Shown here piece after piece: positions 1 to 8,902 of a stretch of 64,000 nt of DNA (its first letter is position 1; the number at the start of each line of letters is the position of its first letter). The notes beneath the pieces are model-generated. The model was given only the letters and a program-made list of their open reading frames with translations, was not told where the DNA came from and did not search any database. Source of the DNA: an uncultured Fibrobacterota bacterium (GTDB taxonomy: Bacteria > Fibrobacterota > Chitinivibrionia > Chitinivibrionales > FEN-1185); the NCBI GenBank assembly GCA_963729895.1, contig CAVSQB010000011.1:1-64000 (forward strand). Reading direction: 5' to 3'. Made by a program: the position numbers and the translations under genes.

Positions 1-26
1 GATGTACTCAAAGGGAGAACAGACCC

Positions 27-845
27 ATGGATGACTCTGCAATCGAGCAGATGCTTTCAACGGGCAATGCGTCGATTCTCAATCCCGAGAACCAGGCAAA
101 AATACAGAAAAAAGACTATCCATTTGCAAAAAGATATCTACGGGATAAAAGCCCGGATGTCAGATCAACGACATTGTCTTTTCTCTGTTTCATAAATCAA
201 CCCTGGTGTTTCCCTTTGCTATTATCGTCAATGCGTGATCCAGTTGTGACCAATAGGGCGATAGCAGCCGAGGGGCTCTTGAAACTCAGCCTTCCGGATT
301 CAAAAAGATTTCTATTTGATGAATTGACGTTTCAATACCAGAACTATCAAGGCGACCAATTATTACCGTTGGAAGGATTAATTTTGTCAATTGGAAATAC
401 AGGCACCAAAGATGATATCGAACGATTGCTGGCTCTTCGATCGCGGGAAAAAACGGAATTGCTTATGAGCGCTTATCAAAAAGCTCTTGCAAAACTCGGA
501 TATCCGAAATCAGTGACAAAAATCGAACATGACCTAATTGGCGGTGATGCCGTGCAGAAAATGGATGCTCTTGAAACCGTCAATTATATCGGAACGTCCT
601 ATTGGGTTCCTATGGTTACGCCTCTCCTAAACGATGAATCAGTCGCACAATCTTCCATGATTGGAGACGTGAAAATCACCAAAAAAGTTTGCGACCTTGC
701 GATTAACACTCTTAGAATAATAGATCCGGAGAAAAGGATAACATTTGAAGATCCCTATGCATCGAAAGGCCCAATACCATATTCGCGTGAACAGGTGGCT
801 GGGGCGAAAAAAGCCTATGGTTTGGGAAAGGACAATGCCCATTGA
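27..845 (+). CDS. HEAT-repeat protein (possibly immunity/accessory gene of an upstream toxin locus)
   Basis: 272-aa ORF with repeated helical HEAT-like motifs (LRDKSPDVRSTT, MRDPVVTNRAIAAEGL, VTPLLNDES); GGAG RBS upstream. Confidence 0.7.
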   Translation: MDDSAIEQMLSTGNASILNPENQAKIQKKDYPFAKRYLRDKSPDVRSTTLSFLCFINQPWCFPLLLSSMRDPVVTNRAIAAEGLLKLSLPDSKRFLFDELTFQYQNYQGDQLLPLEGLILSIGNTGTKDDIERLLALRSREKTELLMSAYQKALAKLGYPKSVTKIEHDLIGGDAVQKMDALETVNYIGTSYWVPMVTPLLNDESVAQSSMIGDVKITKKVCDLAINTLRIIDPEKRITFEDPYASKGPIPYSREQVAGAKKAYGLGKDNAH

Positions 846-909
846 CAGCGGTTTCAGAATATGATTTGGTAGTTCACCATTCGCTTGATTTCAAAGAAGT
901 GCTGCAAAC

Positions 910-1347
910 ATGACCAACAACCTCTTCCAACTCACCTTCCCCGACGGCTGGCGGGAAACCACCACCTATACCTTCGAAGGCCCGTTCGACAGCGGCGTGC
1001 AGCACAATCTTGTCCTCGTGATCGATCCGTCCGTCGACAAGAAAATGCCGCTTGCCGAGTATGCAAAACAACAATTCGGCACGTCAAAAGCGGCCTTGCC
1101 CGGATTCGAGCTTATCAACGAGAAAGATGTAGTAATGCCTTCCGGCATTCCTGCGTACGAAATCGTCTACCGGTACTCTCCTTCAGACAGTCAAACGCTT
1201 TTCCAAAAGCAGATATTCATGATAATCGAAGGAAAAGGCTACATTTTCTCTTCGACATTTTCCAAAAAGACGCTCCAGACAGTCGCGCCCTACGTCGACC
1301 AAATCATTGCAAGTTTTCGGCCTCTAAACGCGGATAACATGGAATGA
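910..1347 (+). CDS. DUF1795/DcrB (PsbP/Mog1-fold) protein, Eag-like T6SS effector adaptor
   Basis: 145 aa; FQLTFPDGWRETTTYTF start, LAEYAKQQ...LPGFEL, QKQIFMI, and C-terminal DQIIASFRP pattern typical of the family. Confidence 0.75.
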   Translation: MTNNLFQLTFPDGWRETTTYTFEGPFDSGVQHNLVLVIDPSVDKKMPLAEYAKQQFGTSKAALPGFELINEKDVVMPSGIPAYEIVYRYSPSDSQTLFQKQIFMIIEGKGYIFSSTFSKKTLQTVAPYVDQIIASFRPLNADNME

Positions 1348-2228
1348 ACTTCTCCGTCCAAACCGACTCCGCTCAGCGATTCAACGTTCAGTCAAACTTG
1401 ATTTATGCGATTTGGAAATCCGGGGCTGCCTATGCAGGCAGCGAAGCGACATTCGAAGTGCGCACCTCGTTTGTGGGTGACGGCGCAGAGATCAAGATCA
1501 AAGGCAAGACGGACAACGGGAAAAACCTGGGCAAGCTCGACACAAAAATCTACGGTAACCGGCTTGTTGCCGGATTCCCCATACCTTCAAACGCACCGGC
1601 CGATGATCTTGCATATTTGGAAGTGAAGCTGCCCAAGCAGAACCTCCAGGGCGAGACCAACCGCATCCCGATACGGCCGCCCATCCAGGTGCAACAGATG
1701 AAGTGGAGCGCCAAAGAAGCGCGACGAGGGGATGTGCTTGCACTTTCCGTTGATTTTCAATCGCAAATTCCGAATGACACGGATGCAATAGTCGCGATAT
1801 ACGAATACGATCATAACGGAAGTAATCATGATCCTGTAGTCAGAATTCGTACGACAGTGCAGAACAAGAAAATTCAGGTTCAATGGGAATATCAGTATTT
1901 CGACGACACAAAAGAGATTCCAACCAAACAAGATTTGCAGCCGCACGGAAAGAATTACAATCATCCGGAATATTTCTTTGTGGTTGTTCTGGATGAGGTG
2001 AGGATAGGGGTTAACCAGGAGAGCGGGTTGTTGAAGTTCAAGGATTGGGTAGACATCGAGCTTTCCAACGGCCAACCAGTGCCCAACCAGAAGTACATTT
2101 TCCATTTGCCGGATGGCAGCACGCGAAATGGGACATTAGATGCAGACGGCAAAGCAACAGCGCGCGATGTACCGCCGGGAAGTACCTATGTGGAATTCCC
2201 GGATTATGATATTCCGGAGGCGGAATAA
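1344..2228 (+). CDS. Hypothetical protein with C-terminal transthyretin-like domain resembling VgrG/PAAR C-terminal extensions
   Basis: 294 aa; C-terminus GQPVPNQKYIFHLPDGSTRNGTLDADGKATARDVPPGSTYVEFPD; ATGA overlap with the upstream gene. Confidence 0.6.
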   Translation: MNFSVQTDSAQRFNVQSNLIYAIWKSGAAYAGSEATFEVRTSFVGDGAEIKIKGKTDNGKNLGKLDTKIYGNRLVAGFPIPSNAPADDLAYLEVKLPKQNLQGETNRIPIRPPIQVQQMKWSAKEARRGDVLALSVDFQSQIPNDTDAIVAIYEYDHNGSNHDPVVRIRTTVQNKKIQVQWEYQYFDDTKEIPTKQDLQPHGKNYNHPEYFFVVVLDEVRIGVNQESGLLKFKDWVDIELSNGQPVPNQKYIFHLPDGSTRNGTLDADGKATARDVPPGSTYVEFPDYDIPEAE

Positions 2229-4646
2229 ATGGCAGCCGCGACAATTATTGGGAAAAGAGTTTCGTCCGGGAAGAAGGCAACCATCCAGAAAATTGAGGTA
2301 CAGTTCTGGGAATATGGAGGCCTGACTACCGCATGCGGGAAACAAGACACTATTCCGGACAACGTATTTGAATTCCTAAAAAACAGCTCTCAAGGTCAAC
2401 TGCCGGTCAAGGGAAACGACGCCCCCATCCTTGTAAAGGACAAATGGATCTACATATTCAAAAGGATTTCCGACCAAAAATTCTCCCTGTCCTACGAGTT
2501 GAAAACGCAGATTACGAATAATCAACAGAAATATAACATCGTCTCCTGGACAAAGTCCAACGCACAGAAATGGGCCACTACATATCCCCGCACTTGCCTA
2601 ACTCAGACCTACGATGCGTTTGCCCTCGACAATGATATTGACTACTACGTTCTCCTTTCCCGGATTCAACTCACCACAAAGAGATTAACGGAGCTTTTGA
2701 ATCACGGAGACACCAAAATAGTCAATAGAGCATTGCGGTTGCCATCCGGAATCGGCACCAGCGCTCAAGGACTGTTTCCGCTCTACCTGCTCGACTACCT
2801 TTCGGCTGCCGATAGTCTTAGAAACGCAAGTCTAAGAGGCATAACCAACTTCGAAAGTTTCGTAAGCGATGCCGACAGAACAAACCTTCGTTACGTTACG
2901 GAAATGATCCACTCGCTTGAACAGGTCAAGCCGGAAATCAAAGATTGGCTTGATTTTTCAGCGTCAGAACGCGAACGCACAAATCAAAACAACATGTTTG
3001 ACACCCTCATGACAAACAAGGAGAACAGCCTTGGGCGTCAGTGCGCGCTGTTGTCTTCTTTTGGATACAGGGAAACGCTTGATGATTACACCGGGACAAG
3101 AGACCTTGAAGACTCAATTTTTGCCAAATACGCAAGCCATGTGCAGCTTATGGATACCGACCCAAAGGGTCTGGAGTACTTGAGAAAAACGGTTGGCGAC
3201 GATCAAAGCTGGCTTCACCGATATTTTACCGAGGAAGAACCGTTCGAATTCTATCGAAAGATATCAACTCTTGCCGGAAGCCCTGAATTTTCCGAGTTTT
3301 TGTCCAAATTTGTTCTCGGCAAAGCCCTTACGCTCATTCCGCCCAGAGTGAATATTACTCTGGATGTGTTGGTCACTTTGCAAGAAAAGATTATTGTTGA
3401 ATATGGCAATATTCTTACCAGGGCTAATATTGTGATTCCCGAGCTGGTGCAGCGTAACGGGAAATATTTCTGGGTGGCAAAGGACGAACTGACCCGCACG
3501 GTTTCAATCAAGTATGAGTTAAAGGCGACCGTACAGGTGCAGGCTTCAAAGACTCTGGATTATTCTGCCCGCGAAGCCGCCAGGAAAAGGTGGGAGGGCG
3601 GAATCGAAAGTGCGAGCTTGCAGTGCAAGAGAATTCTGCTCGTGATCGAGCTAGTGAATCTGTACACGTCTATTAATAAGCTCATGGAATCAAAGGGAGC
3701 CTCTGAGTTTGCCGAGAATGCCGTAAATCTCGTGGGGGCGTTTGCGGATGGCATAGGCGCAACTAAGTTTCTTCTTGAAAAGACCGTCATTGAAAACTTT
3801 GGCGAAGAATTTGCCACAAAAATCTTTTCGAAGGTAACGATTGTTGGAGCCGTCTGCGATTATGTGGGGGCGATTAAGGGTACGTATCAAGCTACCGGCG
3901 AGAAAAACTACGGGTTGGCTGCTGGGTATTCGGTAATTGCACTATCTGCTGTTGCAGCAGGTGCCAGCGGCGCGCTTGCGCTTTCTGGTGCGGGCGCCGT
4001 GGCGTTCGGGCTTTCTGCATCCACCCTAGGACTCATCGGTGTTGCGCTTTTTGTGGTGGGTGCAGGTCTAGTGTGGGCGTTTACCGAAGAAGATCTGGAA
4101 AAATGGGCCAAGAAGTGTCGGTTCGGAAAAAAGTATGAACAGGGCTACGCCCTAAATTCTCAGATCTACGATCTGAATGTTGTGCTATGCAAATTCTCAA
4201 TAGACTGTTACCTGTTTGCGCAAGGAAAGGATCCTTCCTGGGATAGCCAAGGAAACATCAACTATAAATACGACTACTTCTTTTCAATCAAAATATTGCC
4301 GGGCCTCCTGAACGAAAAGGAATCAAAATTCAAAATAAGCTTAACTATTGAGCATCCACGTGGAACCTTTGAGTCGGTGGAAACCGTTTTTTCGGGAATG
4401 TTACAGCTGCCTGACGGCAAAACCGAAATTTATCATGCCAAAGGGGACGTCGGACCCATTTCCATGCTCATTCGTCGGTTTAGCAAGGGCGATCTGAAAT
4501 TGACAGATGATTTTCAATATGAGGAGTTCAGGTACAGGTACTCTGCTCAACTTGATCTGAAGGGTAATGGGTCTGAACTAATCCCCAGTGTTCCGGTGAA
4601 GGGTGACGGAAAATTCGAGACCAGAACTTTGGACGTGACGCAATAG
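2229..4646 (+). CDS. Putative T6SS effector, MIX-like N-terminus and VasX-like pore-forming C-terminal region
   Basis: 805 aa; degenerate MIX-like motifs (LVKDKWIYIF, YYVLLSRIQLT); long Gly/Ala hydrophobic helices ending in LVWAFTEEDLEKWAKKCRFGK, as in VasX-type toxins. Confidence 0.65.
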   Translation: MAAATIIGKRVSSGKKATIQKIEVQFWEYGGLTTACGKQDTIPDNVFEFLKNSSQGQLPVKGNDAPILVKDKWIYIFKRISDQKFSLSYELKTQITNNQQKYNIVSWTKSNAQKWATTYPRTCLTQTYDAFALDNDIDYYVLLSRIQLTTKRLTELLNHGDTKIVNRALRLPSGIGTSAQGLFPLYLLDYLSAADSLRNASLRGITNFESFVSDADRTNLRYVTEMIHSLEQVKPEIKDWLDFSASERERTNQNNMFDTLMTNKENSLGRQCALLSSFGYRETLDDYTGTRDLEDSIFAKYASHVQLMDTDPKGLEYLRKTVGDDQSWLHRYFTEEEPFEFYRKISTLAGSPEFSEFLSKFVLGKALTLIPPRVNITLDVLVTLQEKIIVEYGNILTRANIVIPELVQRNGKYFWVAKDELTRTVSIKYELKATVQVQASKTLDYSAREAARKRWEGGIESASLQCKRILLVIELVNLYTSINKLMESKGASEFAENAVNLVGAFADGIGATKFLLEKTVIENFGEEFATKIFSKVTIVGAVCDYVGAIKGTYQATGEKNYGLAAGYSVIALSAVAAGASGALALSGAGAVAFGLSASTLGLIGVALFVVGAGLVWAFTEEDLEKWAKKCRFGKKYEQGYALNSQIYDLNVVLCKFSIDCYLFAQGKDPSWDSQGNINYKYDYFFSIKILPGLLNEKESKFKISLTIEHPRGTFESVETVFSGMLQLPDGKTEIYHAKGDVGPISMLIRRFSKGDLKLTDDFQYEEFRYRYSAQLDLKGNGSELIPSVPVKGDGKFETRTLDVTQ

Positions 4647-4647
4647 G

Positions 4648-5223
4648 ATGGCACAATCAAGGAATTCCAAGACTTTCACTATCCTGAGCGACGGAGCCCT
4701 TGTCCCGACCAATCAAACTGACAGGAGCGGATTTAAGCTCGCGGGACTTGCAGGGTTCTTGTTGTTTGTGGGCTTTGGTCTGCTTATCGCAATCATCGCT
4801 CCTCATTTCACGCTTGTTCAGCGTCTCATCGTAGTCGGCATATTTGCGGTTCCGGGACTTTATCTCCTCCTTACGATGCCAGAAAGAAAATGGCTTGAGA
4901 TCGAAAAGGCCGGGAAGACACTCACGGTTTACAAAGACAAATCTAAGGCAAAGATAATTCGCAGGTTTGAATCCGGTAGTTATCTGATTCGTTCTCACAA
5001 GATCAGTACCAACCCTCGTCTCGCTGATTTCAGCTACGGTATTTGCGTGTTCCCAACAGAGGACCCAAAAGGAAGAAAGTTTTCATACACTCTCATGATT
5101 TTTCCAAGAACGGTAAAGGAGCAAGAGGCGGAAGCGTATTCAGGGCGGCTGGCTGCTGCAATTGATAATTATTTGAACGATCTGCCTTATGATAAGGGCT
5201 TAATTCGACAGATGCACTCCTGA
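4648..5223 (+). CDS. Putative cognate immunity protein (two TM helices)
   Basis: 191 aa, starts 1 bp after the toxin stop; two adjacent hydrophobic helices then a soluble domain. Confidence 0.55.
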   Translation: MAQSRNSKTFTILSDGALVPTNQTDRSGFKLAGLAGFLLFVGFGLLIAIIAPHFTLVQRLIVVGIFAVPGLYLLLTMPERKWLEIEKAGKTLTVYKDKSKAKIIRRFESGSYLIRSHKISTNPRLADFSYGICVFPTEDPKGRKFSYTLMIFPRTVKEQEAEAYSGRLAAAIDNYLNDLPYDKGLIRQMHS

Positions 5224-5230
5224 TTGCCCG

Positions 5231-5341
5231 ATCCCACTCAAAATGACCGTTTAATCCCACGTTAAATGACCGGTCAATCCCAGTTAATTTGACCGGCAAA
5301 TCCCACTGAAAATGACCGCTGAATCCCAGGTTATTTGACCG
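5231..5341 (+). repeat. IS21 left-end transposase-binding repeats (5 copies, 23-bp period)
   Basis: ATCCCA-N7-TGACCG starting at 5231, 5254, 5277, 5300 and 5323; two inverted copies at the right end (7784-7802, 7807-7824). Confidence 0.9.
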
Positions 5342-5413
5342 GACGATTTTTTACGGAAGGCGTTGCGGATTGTGCCATATTCGGTCTTCTTTCAAACCAT
5401 GAAAGGGGACCGT

Positions 5414-6970
5414 ATGAGCAGGGAGCGAACGTCTATGCGTAAAATTCGACTGGTTCTGGAATACCGCTTATCGAAAAACATCAGTGCCGAACAGACAGCC
5501 CTGGCGCTGTCGTTATCCAAAGGCAGCGTGATAAACTACCTTGATCGGTTCGACCGGTCGAAGCTGCCGTGGCCATTACCGGACACGTTGACAGACACGG
5601 CTCTTGAACAAGCCTTGTTTCCGCCCGTGGCACCGTCTCCTTTGAAAGCCTCATCGCTATTGCCAGACATAGCCTACCTTGAGAAAGAACTTGCCCGACC
5701 GCACGTTACTCTGCAACGCCTTTGGGAAGAGTACCAGGACCAACATCCCGATAGTTTGAGCCGTTCGGCATTTTATCGTTTTGTCGCTCGCAATCGTCCG
5801 CATTCGGTAACCATGCACATGGTGCACAAAGGCGGCGACAAGGTATTCGTTGATTATTCCGGCGATGGCCTTGAATATATCGAACGATCAACCGGAGAAA
5901 TTATCCCGCTTGAACTCTTTGTCTGTGCCTGGGGTGCCAGCAGTTACGCCTATGCGGAAGCCACCCGTACGCAACAGGTCTCTGATTTTGTGCAGTCGCA
6001 TGTTCGGGGTCTTGCCTATTTCGGTGTTGCCCCGAACGCGTTTGTCCCCGACAACCTGAAGAGCGGCGTGAAGAAACCGGATCGATATGATCCGATTGCA
6101 AACCCGCTTTATGAGAAAATGGCCGATCATTACGGCGTGGCCATACTGCCTGCCCGCATACGAAAACCCCAGGACAAGGCTGTTGCGGAAAGCAGTGTGC
6201 TTCACATCCAGCGATTTATCCTTGCCCGTCTCCGCGACCGCCAGTTCTTCTCCATCGACGAGGTCAATGATGCGATCAGAGAAGAGCTCGACCTTTTTAA
6301 CAACCGCCCCATGAAAGACTATGGCGGAAAAACACGCAGACAACGCTTTGATGAACTCGACCGGCCGAATGCAAAGGCGCTGCCCACCGAACGGTTTAAA
6401 ATATCGCGTGTCGCTCTTGGTGTCCGCGTCGCGCCCAACTATCACGTCTGCTTCGAAAAACACTACTACAGCGTTCCGCACCATCTTGCCAGATGCTATG
6501 TCGATATCTATCAGGTCGGTCTCATCATCGAGGTCTACCACGATCATCAGCATATCTGCCGGCATCAGGTACAGCCGGCAAATTACGGATATACTACGGT
6601 CGCTGAACACATGCCGAAGACACATGCTTTTGTCAAAGGATGGTCCCAGGAGTGGTTTATCGGCAAGGCTTCCGAGATCGGCCCGGCCACGGCTGAAACC
6701 GTCAAACGGATCATGGTCGCACGGCAGCATGTCCAGCAGGGGTTCAATGCCGCGTTGGGCGTATTAAACCTGGCAAGAGTGTATACGCCGCAGCGATTGG
6801 AACAAGCGTGTCAAAGAGCTTTGTACTTCAATACCGCAACCTATCGAACGCTCAAATCCATCCTTGACCAGAATCTTGACAAACAACTGTTCTTGCCTCT
6901 TGCACAACCGCAGCAGCAGCCTGTAATCCACGAAAATATCCGCGGACCGAACTATTACACCACCCTATAA
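5414..6970 (+). CDS. istA: IS21-family transposase IstA
   Basis: N-terminal HTH, VFVDYSG, VPDNLKSGV and RKPQDKAVAE DDE motifs; start taken at ATG 5414 after an AGGGG RBS. Confidence 0.95.
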   Translation: MSRERTSMRKIRLVLEYRLSKNISAEQTALALSLSKGSVINYLDRFDRSKLPWPLPDTLTDTALEQALFPPVAPSPLKASSLLPDIAYLEKELARPHVTLQRLWEEYQDQHPDSLSRSAFYRFVARNRPHSVTMHMVHKGGDKVFVDYSGDGLEYIERSTGEIIPLELFVCAWGASSYAYAEATRTQQVSDFVQSHVRGLAYFGVAPNAFVPDNLKSGVKKPDRYDPIANPLYEKMADHYGVAILPARIRKPQDKAVAESSVLHIQRFILARLRDRQFFSIDEVNDAIREELDLFNNRPMKDYGGKTRRQRFDELDRPNAKALPTERFKISRVALGVRVAPNYHVCFEKHYYSVPHHLARCYVDIYQVGLIIEVYHDHQHICRHQVQPANYGYTTVAEHMPKTHAFVKGWSQEWFIGKASEIGPATAETVKRIMVARQHVQQGFNAALGVLNLARVYTPQRLEQACQRALYFNTATYRTLKSILDQNLDKQLFLPLAQPQQQPVIHENIRGPNYYTTL

Positions 6971-6982
6971 CAAAGGAGCCCT

Positions 6983-7723
6983 ATGCATATGGAATCAGTT
7001 ATTGAACAGCTCAAGGCAATGCGTCTTGCAACCATGGCCCAGTCCCTGCAAACCCGTCTGGCCAACAACGACCACCACGATCTGTCCCACGAAGAGTTCG
7101 TCGCCCTGTTGGTCGAGGACGAATACAATGCCCGGAAGAACCGGAAGCTCTCCCGCCTGATCAGCAGGGCCAATTTCAAGCCCGAGCAGGCATCCATCGA
7201 GAACATCTCCTATAGCCAATCCCGCGGTTTTATGAAAAAAGATATCATGCCGTTTACCACCACAACCTGGATAACCAATGCGCAAAATCTCATTATAACC
7301 GGCCCTACCGGTTGCGGAAAAACCTACATCGCCGAAGCCATTGGCCTGCAGGCATGCAGCATGGGCTTCCCGGTGGTCAAAATACGGTACCCTTTGCTTT
7401 TTGAGGAAATCCATGCGGCAAAAGGCACCGGTATGTATCTCCGCTACCTGAAAAAACTGAGCAGAACAAAAATCCTTATCCTGGACGACTTCCTCATGCA
7501 GCCCATCGAAACCGCCGATGCCGGACCGCTTCTGGATGTCATAGAAGAAAAAGAACAGACAGGCTCCATCATCGTCACAACTCAGTTCCCGATCGACAAA
7601 TGGCATCTAAAACTGCCGGACCCAACTGTTGCTGACGCAATATGCGACCGCTTAACACACACTGCTTTCAAACTGAACCTTAAAGGAGAATCAATGCGCA
7701 AAGAAAAATCCCAATCAAAATGA
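6983..7723 (+). CDS. istB: IS21-family AAA+ helper ATPase IstB
   Basis: Walker A GPTGCGKT, Walker B LILDDF, ADAICDRL motif. Confidence 0.95.
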   Translation: MHMESVIEQLKAMRLATMAQSLQTRLANNDHHDLSHEEFVALLVEDEYNARKNRKLSRLISRANFKPEQASIENISYSQSRGFMKKDIMPFTTTTWITNAQNLIITGPTGCGKTYIAEAIGLQACSMGFPVVKIRYPLLFEEIHAAKGTGMYLRYLKKLSRTKILILDDFLMQPIETADAGPLLDVIEEKEQTGSIIVTTQFPIDKWHLKLPDPTVADAICDRLTHTAFKLNLKGESMRKEKSQSK

Positions 7724-7861
7724 CCGACCGTGTCCATAACTGATTTATATTACCGTTAATAGCTTTCTGTAAAGACATCGTCTCGGTCAAATTAAGTGGG
7801 ATACATCGGTCAAATTACTGGGATCGGCTACCTGATACAGGTAGAGGCAAGCCTGAAGCCC

Positions 7862-8833
7862 CTACAAAGTCGGCTCTTCCAACGCCTCCATCACAAACCC
7901 CAGCTGTTCCCGCAAATCATTTATTTCGCGCTGCCAGAACGGGTCCGATCCCCAGTCCGGAAAGTTCCGTTTGAACACGAAGTCGTCAATCTGGCGGCTG
8001 CACCAGGCAAGGAAGTAGATCATGCGCATCGCGCGCAAGGGTTCAATGCACCGCAGACTTGCCCTGTCGAATTTCCGGAACCGTTCGTAGCCTTCGACAA
8101 ACAGGTTGATCTCGTGCGACGACTTGGCCGCGCGGTCCGGAAGCAGGAGCCACAGGTCCTGCACCGGCGGGCCCATTGCCATGTCGTCGAAATCGATGAG
8201 GAGCAGGCCCTGGTCAAGCCTGTCGAGGATGTTTCCGCGGTGACAATCGCCGTGGATACTGATCGGCTTGAGTGCCGCGAACAGGGGCGCGCTTGCATCA
8301 ATCAACTTCATCGCTGCGGCAGTGAACTGCTGGCGCATCCGTTCCGGAACTGCGGCGGAACAAAGGTGATTGACATCAGCACGAGTGGATTGCAAGGGAT
8401 CGATGGTGATGCGGTGCGCGGCAACGCGTTGCTCGCCGCACAGGTGCATGCGGGCGATAAGCGATCCGAGCCGGGGCCAGTCGCTGTCTGAGGTGATCTC
8501 GAGCTGGCGGCCCGACCGTTTGGGAAATAACGAAAAGAATATCCCGTCGTGCTGCGCGATGGTTTTCCCGGTTGCAAGGGCCAGGGGAGCAACAACCGGC
8601 ACTTCGGCCTCCTGGCAATCGGACAGGAACCGGTGTTCGTCCTCAATCGCCTCCCGGCTCCAGCGGCCGGGACGGTAGAACTTGACAATGAGTTTTGCGC
8701 CGTCCGTTGCCCGGAGTTCGTACACGCGGTTGATATAGCTCGGCAGCGCACTGGCGAGACCGGTGAGGCGGAGGCCTGTTGCCTGTTCCGCCGCGGCAAG
8801 GATGGCGTCCGGCGTCAGTTGTTCAAACGACAT
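7862..8833 (-). CDS. srkA: Stress-response Ser/Thr kinase SrkA/RdoA (YihE) family
   Basis: SYINRVY, KFYRPGRWS, IHGDCHRGNIL, IDFDD and FKRNFPDW motifs. Confidence 0.9.
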   Translation of the reverse strand: MSFEQLTPDAILAAAEQATGLRLTGLASALPSYINRVYELRATDGAKLIVKFYRPGRWSREAIEDEHRFLSDCQEAEVPVVAPLALATGKTIAQHDGIFFSLFPKRSGRQLEITSDSDWPRLGSLIARMHLCGEQRVAAHRITIDPLQSTRADVNHLCSAAVPERMRQQFTAAAMKLIDASAPLFAALKPISIHGDCHRGNILDRLDQGLLLIDFDDMAMGPPVQDLWLLLPDRAAKSSHEINLFVEGYERFRKFDRASLRCIEPLRAMRMIYFLAWCSRQIDDFVFKRNFPDWGSDPFWQREINDLREQLGFVMEALEEPTL

Positions 8834-8864
8834 GGGGAACGCTCCCAAAAAGCAAATTTCAAAG

Positions 8865-8896
8865 GTCCGGGGAGAGAAGCGGTACTCTCCCCGGAC
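8865..8896 (-). terminator. Intrinsic terminator-like hairpin after the DEAD-box helicase
   Basis: Perfect 12-bp inverted repeat GTCCGGGGAGAG/CTCTCCCCGGAC, followed on the minus strand by a T-rich tract. Confidence 0.7.
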
Positions 8897-8902
8897 TCAG
8901 GT

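Larger units (their letters stand above)
5225..7830 (+). mobile_element. IS21-family insertion sequence, apparently intact
   Basis: istA+istB; ends TGCCCGATCCCA... and ...TGGGATCGGCTA are imperfect inverted repeats; CCTGAT direct repeat at 5219-5224 and 7831-7836. Confidence 0.95.

Noticed and set aside
5231..5341. Regular 23-bp-period repeats resembling a mini CRISPR array or iterons
   Set aside because: Only 4-bp gaps, no spacers or cas genes, and inverted copies at the other end of the IS21: these are transposase-binding sites
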